Below, in pieces: positions 27,930 to 36,629 of a stretch of DNA of 64,000 nucleotides. Position numbers and translations under genes: made by a program. Under the pieces are notes generated by a model that saw only the letters and a list, made by a program, of their open reading frames with translations, was not told the origin of the DNA and made no database searches. Every line of letters begins with the position of its first letter. Position 1 is the stretch's first letter. This stretch comes from a virus, in IMG/VR virus record IMGVR_UViG_3300018080_000167, positions 10,774 to 74,773 of that record. The stretch is one strand, 5' to 3'.

Positions 27930-28214
27930 ATGTACGATGAAAATGAATTTGAAAAAATGGAGTGTTTGTTAGATGATTGTCGTGGGATTTATATTCCGCA
28001 AGCCTTTATTGAGTGTTATAGTTATGAACAATGGGGCATTTCCGAAGAAAATGCTACAATATTACTTAAAGGTCCTGAACCTGAAAATGAGCTTTACTGG
28101 GAAACTTGGGATGAGGTAATGCGCGATGCCGAATATACTGATGAGTTCGGTAACGTTTGGAACTTGTTTCAAGATGGCGACCTTTTCGCTGTTGTTTACA
28201 AAGAGTGTGAATAA
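27930..28214 (+). CDS. Small acidic protein
   Basis: RGIYIPQAF..GPE..E.YWETWDEV...L.QDGDLFA; GGAGG RBS. Confidence 0.7.
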   Translation: MYDENEFEKMECLLDDCRGIYIPQAFIECYSYEQWGISEENATILLKGPEPENELYWETWDEVMRDAEYTDEFGNVWNLFQDGDLFAVVYKECE

Positions 28215-28233
28215 ATCCTCCTAATCTTATAAT

Positions 28234-28266
28234 AGGACCCTGGATTGTTTCTGGGGTCCTTTTTTT
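28234..28266 (+). terminator. Rho-independent terminator
   Basis: AGGACCCTGG..CTGGGGTCCT followed by T-run. Confidence 0.75.
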
Positions 28267-28450
28267 ATTAAAGGAGTTATTATGGAATATATTATTGATT
28301 TTTGTTTCACATTAAAAACAAATAAAGATTTTTCTGATATTACCACAAAAGAATTTATCAATGCAGCAAAAAAACGCCTTGATGATGTGGAAATAGCAGA
28401 TGATATTGAGGCATTTGGTATTGTTGATGTTATTAGTGAGGAGGAATAAA

Positions 28451-28633
28451 ATGTTTGAGCGAATAAAATTTTGGAAAAGCGATCGTGTTTGGTATCGCAA
28501 GTGTGATGATAGATTCATCCTTACCACTACATTTGATTATGGTAGAAACATCGGATGTTGTGCAAGAAATTATTTTATTGCAACGATGCGTAATGCAGCA
28601 AAGGGAAGAAAAGTAATCGTGAGGCGTACATGA
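28451..28633 (+). CDS. Hypothetical protein
   Basis: GAGGA RBS; MFERIKFW. Confidence 0.5.
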   Translation: MFERIKFWKSDRVWYRKCDDRFILTTTFDYGRNIGCCARNYFIATMRNAAKGRKVIVRRT

Positions 28634-28833
28634 TTATTATTATACTTACTATTGGACTTATTATCTTATTGTATTACGGAAGTAAGCTTGATGTAGAATA
28701 TCGTAATAATGTACGTATTAAGGAGGAAAAGAAAAGACAAAAAAGATTTATTGATATGCAGAGTACACATCATCAAGGTGGTGGTTCAAATCAATATATT
28801 GGCACTATTTATAATTCTTGTGATATTTTTTGA
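28630..28833 (+). CDS. Small membrane-anchored protein
   Basis: N-terminal TM; ATGA coupling. Confidence 0.55.
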   Translation: MIIIILTIGLIILLYYGSKLDVEYRNNVRIKEEKKRQKRFIDMQSTHHQGGGSNQYIGTIYNSCDIF

Positions 28834-28875
28834 TTTTAATATTCAATTTTTCAATCCAGCGTGTTATAGGTGAGA
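28834..28875 (+). promoter_or_regulatory. Class A phage promoter
   Basis: TTTTAATATTCAATTTTTCAATCCAGCGTGTTATAGGTGAG. Confidence 0.7.
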
Positions 28876-28904
28876 GGAAACAAAATTTTTATTAGGAGGT
28901 AAAA

Positions 28905-29102
28905 ATGCTTTTTCCATTTGCTGAATACGAGAAACGCGCTAAGAAAATGACAATCGCTGAACTGTTCTATGCCAAAAGAGATGCCTATCGTGCAGCACAA
29001 TCTTTGAAGGGCGCAGATGTTCGAGGCAAGGATGAGAACTGGTATATGGATGAGTGTCATACCTATGGCGATGAAATAAGGCGGCGTCAAAAAAACGTAT
29101 AA
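28905..29102 (+). CDS. Hypothetical protein
   Basis: AGGAGG RBS; ELFYAKRDA..A...WYMDECHTY.DEIRRR. Confidence 0.65.
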   Translation: MLFPFAEYEKRAKKMTIAELFYAKRDAYRAAQSLKGADVRGKDENWYMDECHTYGDEIRRRQKNV

Positions 29103-29359
29103 TATAATTCACACAAAGGAGGAAACCTTATGTATTATATTATTGACTTTATTATGACGTTGCACGAAAAAATGGTTGAAAGAAAATTTCAAAAGAAGAA
29201 AGATAAAATTCGCAAAAAATGCAGAAAAAATCAGGTTACAAAGTCACGTTTCAAAGATAGTTCTATTGTTTAAGAAATTAAAAACTTTAACTTGGTGGGG
29301 ATGGTGCGTTACCATCCCCTTTTTTTATTATTGAAGTTATTAAAGTAAAAAAAATAAAA

Positions 29360-29400
29360 TTTTAATATTCAATTTTTCAATCCAACGAGTAGTAAATGAG
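29360..29400 (+). promoter_or_regulatory. Class A phage promoter
   Basis: TTTTAATATTCAATTTTTCAATCCAACGAGTAGTAAATGAG. Confidence 0.7.
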
Positions 29401-29430
29401 AGGGAAACAAAGATTATTAGGAGGTTGAAA

Positions 29431-29670
29431 ATGTTAAAGATTCACGCAAGTACAGCAAACACTATTCAGGCCTGGATTGATGATAATCTGGTGCTTTTCA
29501 GTTACAACACTCCTGTTGCGATTAGCACACCAACGGGATTTGTAAAGACTTCCAAAAAATGGTCCGTTACGACATCGAAACATATCAATAAGTTCTTGAA
29601 CGGACATCACGCAGAGGAGGTGAGTCAGGAAGAAATCGAAAAAATTGTGACAAAAAATACTGTTCTTTAA
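29431..29670 (+). CDS. Conserved small phage protein
   Basis: LFSYNTPVA...KKWSVTTSKHINKFL. Confidence 0.7.
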   Translation: MLKIHASTANTIQAWIDDNLVLFSYNTPVAISTPTGFVKTSKKWSVTTSKHINKFLNGHHAEEVSQEEIEKIVTKNTVL

Positions 29671-29761
29671 TCTTAATTTCGTTTGTGAATACGGTTGTAC
29701 TGTATTCTTTTTTTGCATAAGCCCCATCGTTTGGTGGGGCATTTTTATTTTTGGAGGATTT

Positions 29762-30139
29762 ATGGATATTAAAGAATTTATTAAGAAACACAATATTACA
29801 ATTGAAAGCAAAAAAACATATCAGAATCTTAATATGTCATCTTTCACAGATGCTGATCACTGGAAATGCACATTGAAGATGGATGATGCCGAACATAATT
29901 TTTTCTTTTCTAAAGGATATGGACACAAGGGGAAGGAACCTACTGCTGATGAGGTTATCGAGTGTTTCGTTTCAGATTTAAGCTTTGACGATTTGTCATT
30001 TGATGAATTTTGCGATGAGCTTGGACTTGATGCGTACAGAGAAAACAGAAGAACATATAATGCAGTTCAAAAACAAAATTATCACATTAAAATTCTTTTT
30101 GAAGATTGTTTTGATGAATTACTAAGTCTTGAATTTTAA
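29762..30139 (+). CDS. Acidic hypothetical protein
   Basis: HWKCTL..FFSKGYGH..EPTADEVI.C..SD...FDEFCDELG. Confidence 0.7.
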   Translation: MDIKEFIKKHNITIESKKTYQNLNMSSFTDADHWKCTLKMDDAEHNFFFSKGYGHKGKEPTADEVIECFVSDLSFDDLSFDEFCDELGLDAYRENRRTYNAVQKQNYHIKILFEDCFDELLSLEF

Positions 30140-30145
30140 AAATTT

Positions 30146-30175
30146 ATGCCTTGCCTAATGGTAGGGCATTTTTTT
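30146..30175 (+). terminator. Rho-independent terminator
   Basis: ATGCCTTGCC..GGTAGGGCAT followed by T-run. Confidence 0.7.
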
Positions 30176-30289
30176 ATGTCCATAAAACATTATTATTGTA
30201 GATATTAGTGCAACGTATTAGTGTAAAGCCACTAAGAAAAAATAGGTAGGTTTTCTATCGTATGATGCAAAAAAATTACATTTTTTTAA

Positions 30290-30328
30290 TTGAATGTATT
30301 AGTGCGATTAGTAGATATTAAATGTAGG
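30290..30328 (+). promoter_or_regulatory. Class B phage promoter
   Basis: TTGAAT-N14-AGTAGATATTAAATGTAG. Confidence 0.7.
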
Positions 30329-30335
30329 TGATATT

Positions 30336-30842
30336 ATGAAAAGAAAAGAGCATAAAATTATTGACTGCATTGAATGCAAACATTGTTGCAAGTGTAATAC
30401 TTGGAAACCGCTTGATGCATTTTATAAACGCAAACGTAATTTGGATGGGTTGAAGGTTCAGTGTAAAGATTGTGAGGAAGAATACCAAAAAGAGCTTCGG
30501 AAAACAGACGAATGGAAAGAATACCAAAGAGAATACAAACAGACAGAAAAATACAAAAAATACAAAAGAGAATATCAAATAGAATATCAAAGAGAATATA
30601 TATCAAGAGAAGATGTTAAAGAAAAAAAGAATGTTAGAACAAAAACAAGCCGTTTATTAAAGAAATTATTACCACAATGGAAACGTAAATATATACTATG
30701 TGAGATATGCGGCAAGGTTCCCTATGAGGAATTTCATCACTTTGTGTATAGTGCAGATAAGCTGTTGTGCGGACTTTTTGTGTGCGGGGCGTGTCATACG
30801 AGTTACATAATAAATCTTCTGATCAAGCCCCATAGGGCTTAA
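30336..30842 (+). CDS. HNH-like zinc-finger endonuclease
   Basis: CCKC..WKPL..FY....DGL..QCKDC; CEICG....FHH.....VCGACH. Confidence 0.6.
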   Translation: MKRKEHKIIDCIECKHCCKCNTWKPLDAFYKRKRNLDGLKVQCKDCEEEYQKELRKTDEWKEYQREYKQTEKYKKYKREYQIEYQREYISREDVKEKKNVRTKTSRLLKKLLPQWKRKYILCEICGKVPYEEFHHFVYSADKLLCGLFVCGACHTSYIINLLIKPHRA

Positions 30843-31177
30843 AAATAAACCACTTTTTCAATCATATCTAATAAGCAAAATCAACTTTTATATCTTATGC
30901 TGTTCGCTCCCTAATAACAATAATGCGTTTACTAAAGAAGATATTATTGTATCACCATAGGGTAATATATTAAAGCAGTTATTAAAAAAGGTATTATTGC
31001 GACATCTGGATTGACATCCTGGGACAGATCCGCTCTCATCACTTAATGGTGTATGTATTATCGTTTATATTATTGCGCTTTCTGATTTATTAAGGAACGT
31101 ATTAGTGCAAGGCGGGAGGGGTATTAAAGAAGGTATTACTGTATTATAAAGATTAAAAAAATATCAGAAAACATCTC

Positions 31178-31193
31178 TGGCACAAAATTTGCA
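31178..31193 (+). promoter_or_regulatory. sigma54 (-24/-12)-like site
   Basis: TGGCAC-AAAAT-TTGCA. Confidence 0.45.
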
Positions 31194-31336
31194 AAACATC
31201 ATATAGGTGACCCATTTTTACCTACGTAATAAATACATACTTTGCAGATTAAAATTAAGAAATGTTGTAGCTTGGCATAGAAAATGCATCTAAGGATGGT
31301 AAGATTAAAATAATGTAATATAATAGACCAAAAAAA

Positions 31337-31357
31337 TAGGCGGGTTAGACCCGCCTA
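31337..31357. terminator. Bidirectional terminator hairpin
   Basis: TAGGCGGG-TTAGA-CCCGCCTA between convergent blocks. Confidence 0.7.
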
Positions 31358-31360
31358 ATA

Positions 31361-31534
31361 TTAAACTTCCGCAACCTGAACAGCTTGGATAAAGTTCTCA
31401 TTTGAACGCATTGTTTTCTTTGCCTTTGTTATTGCCTCCCCTGCATAGTTTGCTTGTACGTATGCTTTATTACAAAAGGTACATTCTGGACATACTTTGT
31501 AAGAAGAAATGAATTCAACAAAATATTCTTTCAT
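31361..31534 (-). CDS. Small hypothetical protein
   Basis: AGGAGG RBS before MKEYFVEF. Confidence 0.55.
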   Translation of the reverse strand: MKEYFVEFISSYKVCPECTFCNKAYVQANYAGEAITKAKKTMRSNENFIQAVQVAEV

Positions 31535-31869
31535 TTTGCCTCCTAGTGTGTTAAAGAGTACCATACGCCGAAACCGCCACGAGGATAAATGCAGCGATTT
31601 TTTATTGCACACTTGATTTCAATTCCGTAATAATTTACTTTTCTTTTGAAAATCATTTTTTTAATTATCTTTAACATTATATCCCCTTAAGAATAAAACC
31701 CCCTCTCTTTTTTTTACCTATGCTTCCAAAAGGTCCATAGGATCAAAGTAATTGAAACCGTAAAGAGTGAATCTTTTGTCACGATACCCCTCATTGATTA
31801 GTGCTTCCGCATATTTCAAGAGACTTTCTTTTTCCATTTTTCCTCCTATTAAAAAAGGGTTTACTTCAT

Positions 31870-31911
31870 TCTCATTCACAGCACATCGGATTGAAAAAAT
31901 AGAGATTAAAA
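31870..31911 (-). promoter_or_regulatory. Class A phage promoter
   Basis: TTTTAATCTCTATTTTTTCAATCCGATGTGCTGTGAATGAG. Confidence 0.7.
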
Positions 31912-31929
31912 TCCCCTCTCTAAAAAGAT

Positions 31930-32232
31930 TTAATCTTCGTGTTTTTCTCTGTTTTTTTCATAACATCTTTTTGCGACCTCTTTAAAGATGTTGTTTCCAT
32001 TATCTTCCGCGCGATAATCTGTGATGTGCGTGATAAGACTATTTGTGCTTTCTTCGTCAAGACATTCGCTTTGAAGCCGACCGCGACCGGCTACCCTGAT
32101 TCTACGCTCTTTTGTGCCGCTTGCCTTGCGTGAATTGTAAATTGACCAACAAGTTGGACAATTGCCTCTCGGCTTCCTTAATCCTTTATAACGAGGATGG
32201 TTAGGACATGTTACTTGAAATAACGCTTTCAT
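31930..32232 (-). CDS. CxxHP-YKG zinc-motif protein
   Basis: CPNHPRYKGLRKPRGNCPTCW; AGGAGG RBS. Confidence 0.65.
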   Translation of the reverse strand: MKALFQVTCPNHPRYKGLRKPRGNCPTCWSIYNSRKASGTKERRIRVAGRGRLQSECLDEESTNSLITHITDYRAEDNGNNIFKEVAKRCYEKNREKHED

Positions 32233-32269
32233 AACGCCTCCTATTAAAAAATGTTTTATTGTTTGTAGC

Positions 32270-32313
32270 TCTCACATTGACTGCACATGGGATTGAAAAA
32301 ATCCGATGAAAAA
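32270..32313 (-). promoter_or_regulatory. Class A phage promoter
   Basis: TTTTCATCGGATTTTTTCAATCCCATGTGCAGTCAATGTGAG. Confidence 0.7.
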
Positions 32314-32435
32314 TCTAAAAAATTTTTTGTCTAAGATTTTGACAGGTAAATTTTACATAGGTAGAAATTACATAGGTAAAAAATCCATACTATAGAATTA
32401 TTACCTATGGTATTATTGCCTTGTTGTTGTTCACC

Positions 32436-32477
32436 TACCATTGAAAGCACATCGGATTGAAAAAATAAAGATTAAAA
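32436..32477 (-). promoter_or_regulatory. Class A phage promoter
   Basis: TTTTAATCTTTATTTTTTCAATCCGATGTGCTTTCAATGGTAG. Confidence 0.65.
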
Positions 32478-32735
32478 TAAAAAAATACAATAATAAAAAA
32501 TGATGTGCTTGTTATATATAATAGTATTATATAAAGATTAAAATAAAAAAATATAAGATATACGATTGTAAAAAATACTATGTAAAAAATGGAACATAGT
32601 AAAAAAACCATACCGAAAAATACATAGTATATTTTTTTATCCTTGTTTTTTGCGAAAAAAGAATGATTTTTTGTTTGGAACAGAACTTGCTATATATATA
32701 ATATGACAACAACAAATAAAAAAAATAAAAAAAGG

Positions 32736-32763
32736 TTGCGCAAATAAAAAAGCATCGTATACT
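32736..32763 (+). promoter_or_regulatory. Host sigma70-type promoter with A-tract UP element
   Basis: TTGCGC-16-TATACT. Confidence 0.6.
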
Positions 32764-32798
32764 TGAAATAGAGAGGAAAACAAAAAAAGGAGGTCGTT

Positions 32799-32930
32799 AT
32801 GGAAAAGGCATTGAAAGAGATCAGTATTGTAAAAAATAATGGGAAAGTAAGAGAAATAAATGGAAAAATGTATCCTGTTTGTGCATGGGACACTAAGTAT
32901 AGTAATCGTAAAAACTTAGAAAAAAAATAA
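32799..32930 (+). CDS. 43-aa basic peptide
   Basis: AAGGAGGT RBS after sigma70 promoter. Confidence 0.5.
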   Translation: MEKALKEISIVKNNGKVREINGKMYPVCAWDTKYSNRKNLEKK

Positions 32931-32937
32931 AAAATGG

Positions 32938-32965
32938 TTGCACAAACGGAAAAGGATGTTATAAT
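32938..32965 (+). promoter_or_regulatory. Host sigma70-type promoter with extended -10
   Basis: TTGCAC-16-TATAAT with TGn extension; A-tract upstream. Confidence 0.7.
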
Positions 32966-32998
32966 AGAATAGAGAGGAAAACAAATAAGGAGGTAATA

Positions 32999-33091
32999 AT
33001 GAATAGTGAAACAACAAAACGTATTGTTTATCTTGTCGTAAAAGGCATTGTATTGGGTCTTATTGTTAGTGCTATTATCGTTTTTGCATAG
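32999..33091 (+). CDS. 30-aa membrane peptide
   Basis: AAGGAGGT RBS; MNSETTKRIVYLVVKGIVLGLIVSAIIVFA. Confidence 0.5.
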   Translation: MNSETTKRIVYLVVKGIVLGLIVSAIIVFA

Positions 33092-33150
33092 TATTCAATT
33101 TATAGACCCGGTTTTTTGCCGGGTCTTTTTTTCTTTTTTCAGGAGGTCGT

Positions 33151-33636
33151 ATGATTCATTCAAATAATGTAGAATTTTCAGAACTTAATAATGGTTTTGA
33201 GATTAGATCTTTTTCGGATGGTAGAATCCCATCTGGATTCTTTTTTTATGATAACAAGAGGATCGCCGATGCATGTCGGGATGTGATACGTCAAGCCGAT
33301 TTTTTCGGCTTAGATGAAACCGATGTATATATCGGATGGATGTTTTTTGTTGAAGGTATAAAACACGATGATATTGCATTTTTAAGTGATTATACTATTG
33401 GTCAAGTAAAAGGTAGAATACAAAAAATCACAAAAAAAGCAAAAAGATTGTTAGGTTATGGAACATCTTTTGCATCTAAAAAAGGTTTTTATGACAAGGT
33501 GAAAAAAGCAAATGAAAAGATACGAAAAATGAAAAGTGTTTCATTTAAAAGTATTACAGAAAAGAAAAAATATGATTTTTTTAATCATAACATTGTACTG
33601 CATACGATGAAAAAGAGAATAGAAAAAATGAAATAA
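33151..33636 (+). CDS. Protein with sigma region-4-like HTH
   Basis: FFVEGIKHDDIAFLSDYTIGQVKGRIQKITKK; AGGAGG RBS; terminator at 33654-33679. Confidence 0.5.
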   Translation: MIHSNNVEFSELNNGFEIRSFSDGRIPSGFFFYDNKRIADACRDVIRQADFFGLDETDVYIGWMFFVEGIKHDDIAFLSDYTIGQVKGRIQKITKKAKRLLGYGTSFASKKGFYDKVKKANEKIRKMKSVSFKSITEKKKYDFFNHNIVLHTMKKRIEKMK

Positions 33637-33799
33637 AAAAAAATATATTTTTCAAGGTCGGATAAAACCGACCTTTTTTTGTGCTGAAATAATTATTAAA
33701 ATAAAAAAATATTATTCAATTGGCATAGAATTTTCCACAAAGAGTATATGTAAGGTAGCGGGTAGGGTTCTTGGAATCAAAGGTACTTTATGAAAAACA

Positions 33800-34045
33800 G
33801 GAAAATCGGCGGGGGGTGCCCAAAACAATTGTCCAGCCCCTTTTTTCATTAGGTGGGTAGTTTATATGGGCGGGGGAGGGTTTCTTTTTGATTTTTATTG
33901 AAAAATTATTTTTTTTGGGTTGAGCATTAAATTTTTTCGGGGGGGCTTGTTGAGCATTAATTTTCTGAAGAGTTGGGGGACACGTTGAAAGGATTGGGTA
34001 CTCCAAAATAATTGGGGGACACCCCAAAATAATTGGGAGACATTA
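33800..34045. other. G-run and short-direct-repeat non-coding region, possible genome end or packaging site
   Basis: G5-G8 runs; GTTGAGCATTAA x2, CCAAAATAATTGGG x2, TTGGGGGACAC x2. Confidence 0.35.
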
Positions 34046-34061
34046 TTAAATTTAAAAAATA

Positions 34062-34100
34062 TTGGAAACATTCTCTGATTAGTAGATATTGTAATATAGA
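34062..34100 (+). promoter_or_regulatory. Class B phage promoter
   Basis: TTGGAA-N13-AGTAGATATTGTAATATAG. Confidence 0.7.
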
Positions 34101-34138
34101 GGTGGGACAGTTACTTTTACCCTTAGGAGAAAATTATT

Positions 34139-34519
34139 ATGAAAGATAAGGTACTTGAGGCAATAAATGGAAATATTAAGAAATGGAAAAATATTAAACG
34201 AGGGAAAGGGGCAGATGAGGGAATAGATTGCCCTCTTTGCCAACTATTCTTTACAAATGATTGTAGGGGTTGTCCTATTTATGAACAAGGTGGTTTTCCC
34301 TACTGTGTCGCTACCCCCTGGGCTAAATGGTCTGATCATCAGCGAATTTATCACGACAGAATGGCAGGTGAAGGAGTAGGACCACTTAAGATATTGTGTA
34401 GTAAATGTAGGAGTTTGGCTGCTGAAGAGATAAAGTTTCTTAAAGGGGTTCGCAAACGATATATTAAAAATAAAAAAGATTATGAACAGATATTGCGGCT
34501 TATGACAGACACTTATTAA
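34139..34519 (+). CDS. Cys-rich hypothetical protein
   Basis: IKKW..I....CPLC....C.GCP......C. Confidence 0.65.
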   Translation: MKDKVLEAINGNIKKWKNIKRGKGADEGIDCPLCQLFFTNDCRGCPIYEQGGFPYCVATPWAKWSDHQRIYHDRMAGEGVGPLKILCSKCRSLAAEEIKFLKGVRKRYIKNKKDYEQILRLMTDTY

Positions 34520-34540
34520 TAATTTTGAAAGGAACCCATT

Positions 34541-34768
34541 ATGACAATCACACCGATTAAATGGATGCGAGTAAAGAGAAATATTCTTTTTGTATCGTCT
34601 ATTCCGGCGCTTGATGCTGAGAAAAGATGTTATGGCTTGACAGAGTTGATAAATCCGAAACAGGCGCTCTTTAATGATCGCATTGAAGTGTTGGGCAACA
34701 ATGGCAATTATATCTTCGACTTTGAGAACGAGGTGGATACCTTCTGCGAGCTTTTAAATTTCTTTTGA
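34541..34768 (+). CDS. Hypothetical protein
   Basis: ORF in operon. Confidence 0.5.
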   Translation: MTITPIKWMRVKRNILFVSSIPALDAEKRCYGLTELINPKQALFNDRIEVLGNNGNYIFDFENEVDTFCELLNFF

Positions 34769-34807
34769 TCGTCGCTATGCGACAAAAACAAGGAGAAAAA
34801 AAAAGAA

Positions 34808-35046
34808 TGAAAGCAGTATGTAAAAAATGCAAGTATTGTAGATTCGAGCAGACAATTTGGGGTTTTAATAGCTATTATAAATGTCTTGTTGAGCCAACAG
34901 ATATTACTATTGATTTTGTAACAGGAAATGTGATATCTTGTTATAGAAGGTGCTCTGATGTAAACTCAGATGGTCATTGTAAACATTTTAAATATAAGGG
35001 GTGGATAAAACTACTTTTTGACCACCTTTTCAGAGTGGGGTTTTGA
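34808..35046 (+). CDS. Cys-rich hypothetical protein (start approximate)
   Basis: CKKCKYC..C....C...N.DG.C..F. Confidence 0.55.
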
Positions 35047-35267
35047 ATATGAATGTAAATTTAATTGGAAATATACCGGCAAAAGAAAATGACTGTGTGA
35101 CGGACGACAATCTTGCAGTTGCATTGTGTACCTATTTTGAATCGCTTCCAGAATGTCCAGAGGATGATATCAATACAGAAGTTGGTAGGTCTCAGTGGGC
35201 AATGGATAAAACAGATAATCTTTTGAAAAGAATAATAGAGGTGGTTTCTAATGAAAAAACCGATTGA
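35043..35267 (+). CDS. Hypothetical protein
   Basis: Coupled ORF. Confidence 0.5.
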   Translation: MNMNVNLIGNIPAKENDCVTDDNLAVALCTYFESLPECPEDDINTEVGRSQWAMDKTDNLLKRIIEVVSNEKTD

Positions 35268-35691
35268 AATTACTACACACCAGATAAGAAATATTGTTAA
35301 AGAACAGAAAAGACTCTCAGAAATGATTCAGGATTACGCATATTCAATTGACAACGCGCTTGACGAACGCCCAGACATCCAAGGGATGATAAAACATACC
35401 GACCTTTTTCCTTGGTACTGGATAAGTTATGGCGAAAAGTGTTATGCCTTTGAGGTTGTAGAGGCATTCCCAGCCAATGAAAATGATAGGTACCCAAAGC
35501 CTGGGACACAATTATATTATAATGACGAATGCAAGGTACAAGATGAAGATGGCGTTGAAATGATGGTTAATAAAAGTATTACTACTATAGAAGAGCAGTG
35601 TGGAGATGTCGTCTGTAAGTTTATCGCAGAGGCGCACACCTATCTATTAGGGAAAGAAATTTCAAAGCTTATTAAGGGTAAAAAATTATGA
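35251..35691 (+). CDS. Hypothetical protein
   Basis: GAGG RBS. Confidence 0.6.
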   Translation: MKKPIEITTHQIRNIVKEQKRLSEMIQDYAYSIDNALDERPDIQGMIKHTDLFPWYWISYGEKCYAFEVVEAFPANENDRYPKPGTQLYYNDECKVQDEDGVEMMVNKSITTIEEQCGDVVCKFIAEAHTYLLGKEISKLIKGKKL

Positions 35692-35882
35692 AAAAACTGA
35701 TAAGAGTAGATAAGAAGAAAAACGATGGTTTTGTATATGACTATGATCAGATAGTAGAACTTACAGGTAAAACTAGGGAATATATTGGTGGTGAAGCTTT
35801 ATTTATGACAAACGTTCAAGCGGTAATTTTAGCAATGCAAGAATGTGGCTATGTTGAAGTAATTAACGAGGGGGGAGAATGA
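35688..35882 (+). CDS. Hypothetical protein
   Basis: ATGA coupling. Confidence 0.5.
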   Translation: MKKLIRVDKKKNDGFVYDYDQIVELTGKTREYIGGEALFMTNVQAVILAMQECGYVEVINEGGE

Positions 35883-36175
35883 GTAAAGCGCAAAACAAAT
35901 ATCGGCGCAGCAAAAGGGGTAAATTTAATGAGCGGCTCAATAAAAGGCTCAGACAGTGGCGTAGAGTATATGGTTATAAAACAGAAATTGATTTTGAAGA
36001 ATTTATTAAGAAATATTCAGATTGTGGGGAATGCGAATATTGTGGCGAAAAGGGTGTAAAGCTCCTTTTTCATCTTGGAAGCCATGTTGCTAAAAAGATT
36101 GATAACACAATTAGAATTGAAGACATAGATTTTATTTGTCAAAAATGTCTTTATAATGAAATAAGGAGATATTAA
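35879..36175 (+). CDS. HNH-like zinc-binding protein
   Basis: CEYCG....FH....ICQKC. Confidence 0.5.
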   Translation: MSKAQNKYRRSKRGKFNERLNKRLRQWRRVYGYKTEIDFEEFIKKYSDCGECEYCGEKGVKLLFHLGSHVAKKIDNTIRIEDIDFICQKCLYNEIRRY

Positions 36176-36176
36176 T

Positions 36177-36611
36177 TTGAATGTAACAGTATATACAGAC
36201 GGTTCATCAAACTCTATTAGGCTGTGTGGCAACAGAAGGGGTGGCTGGGCAGCAGTATTCGTAGAAGACGACAATCCAGACAAAAAGGCTATGCATATTT
36301 GCGGCGGCGAGGAAGATACTACGAACAACAGAATGGAAATGACGGCAGCGCTTGAAGCTTTAAAGTTTGCTGATCTTTATGACAATATGACAATTTATTC
36401 TGATTCGCAATATGTTGTAAAGGGGTTTAACTCTTGGATACACGGATGGTTGAAAAATAATTTTAAAGATGGTACTATAAAAAATCAGGATCTTTGGGGA
36501 AAGTTTATACCATATCTTGCAATGGATAACATTACTATTAAATGGATCAAGGGACATAGTAAGAATAGGTGGAATGATGAGGCGGATAAACTTGCTCGCC
36601 GCGCAAGGTAG
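36177..36611 (+). CDS. rnhA: Ribonuclease HI
   Basis: VYTDGS, GGWAAV, TTNNRMEMTA, SDSQYV, KNQDLW, WIKGH, NDEADKLA. Confidence 0.95.
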   Translation: MNVTVYTDGSSNSIRLCGNRRGGWAAVFVEDDNPDKKAMHICGGEEDTTNNRMEMTAALEALKFADLYDNMTIYSDSQYVVKGFNSWIHGWLKNNFKDGTIKNQDLWGKFIPYLAMDNITIKWIKGHSKNRWNDEADKLARRAR

Positions 36612-36629
36612 TTTTTAAAGGAGAAAACG

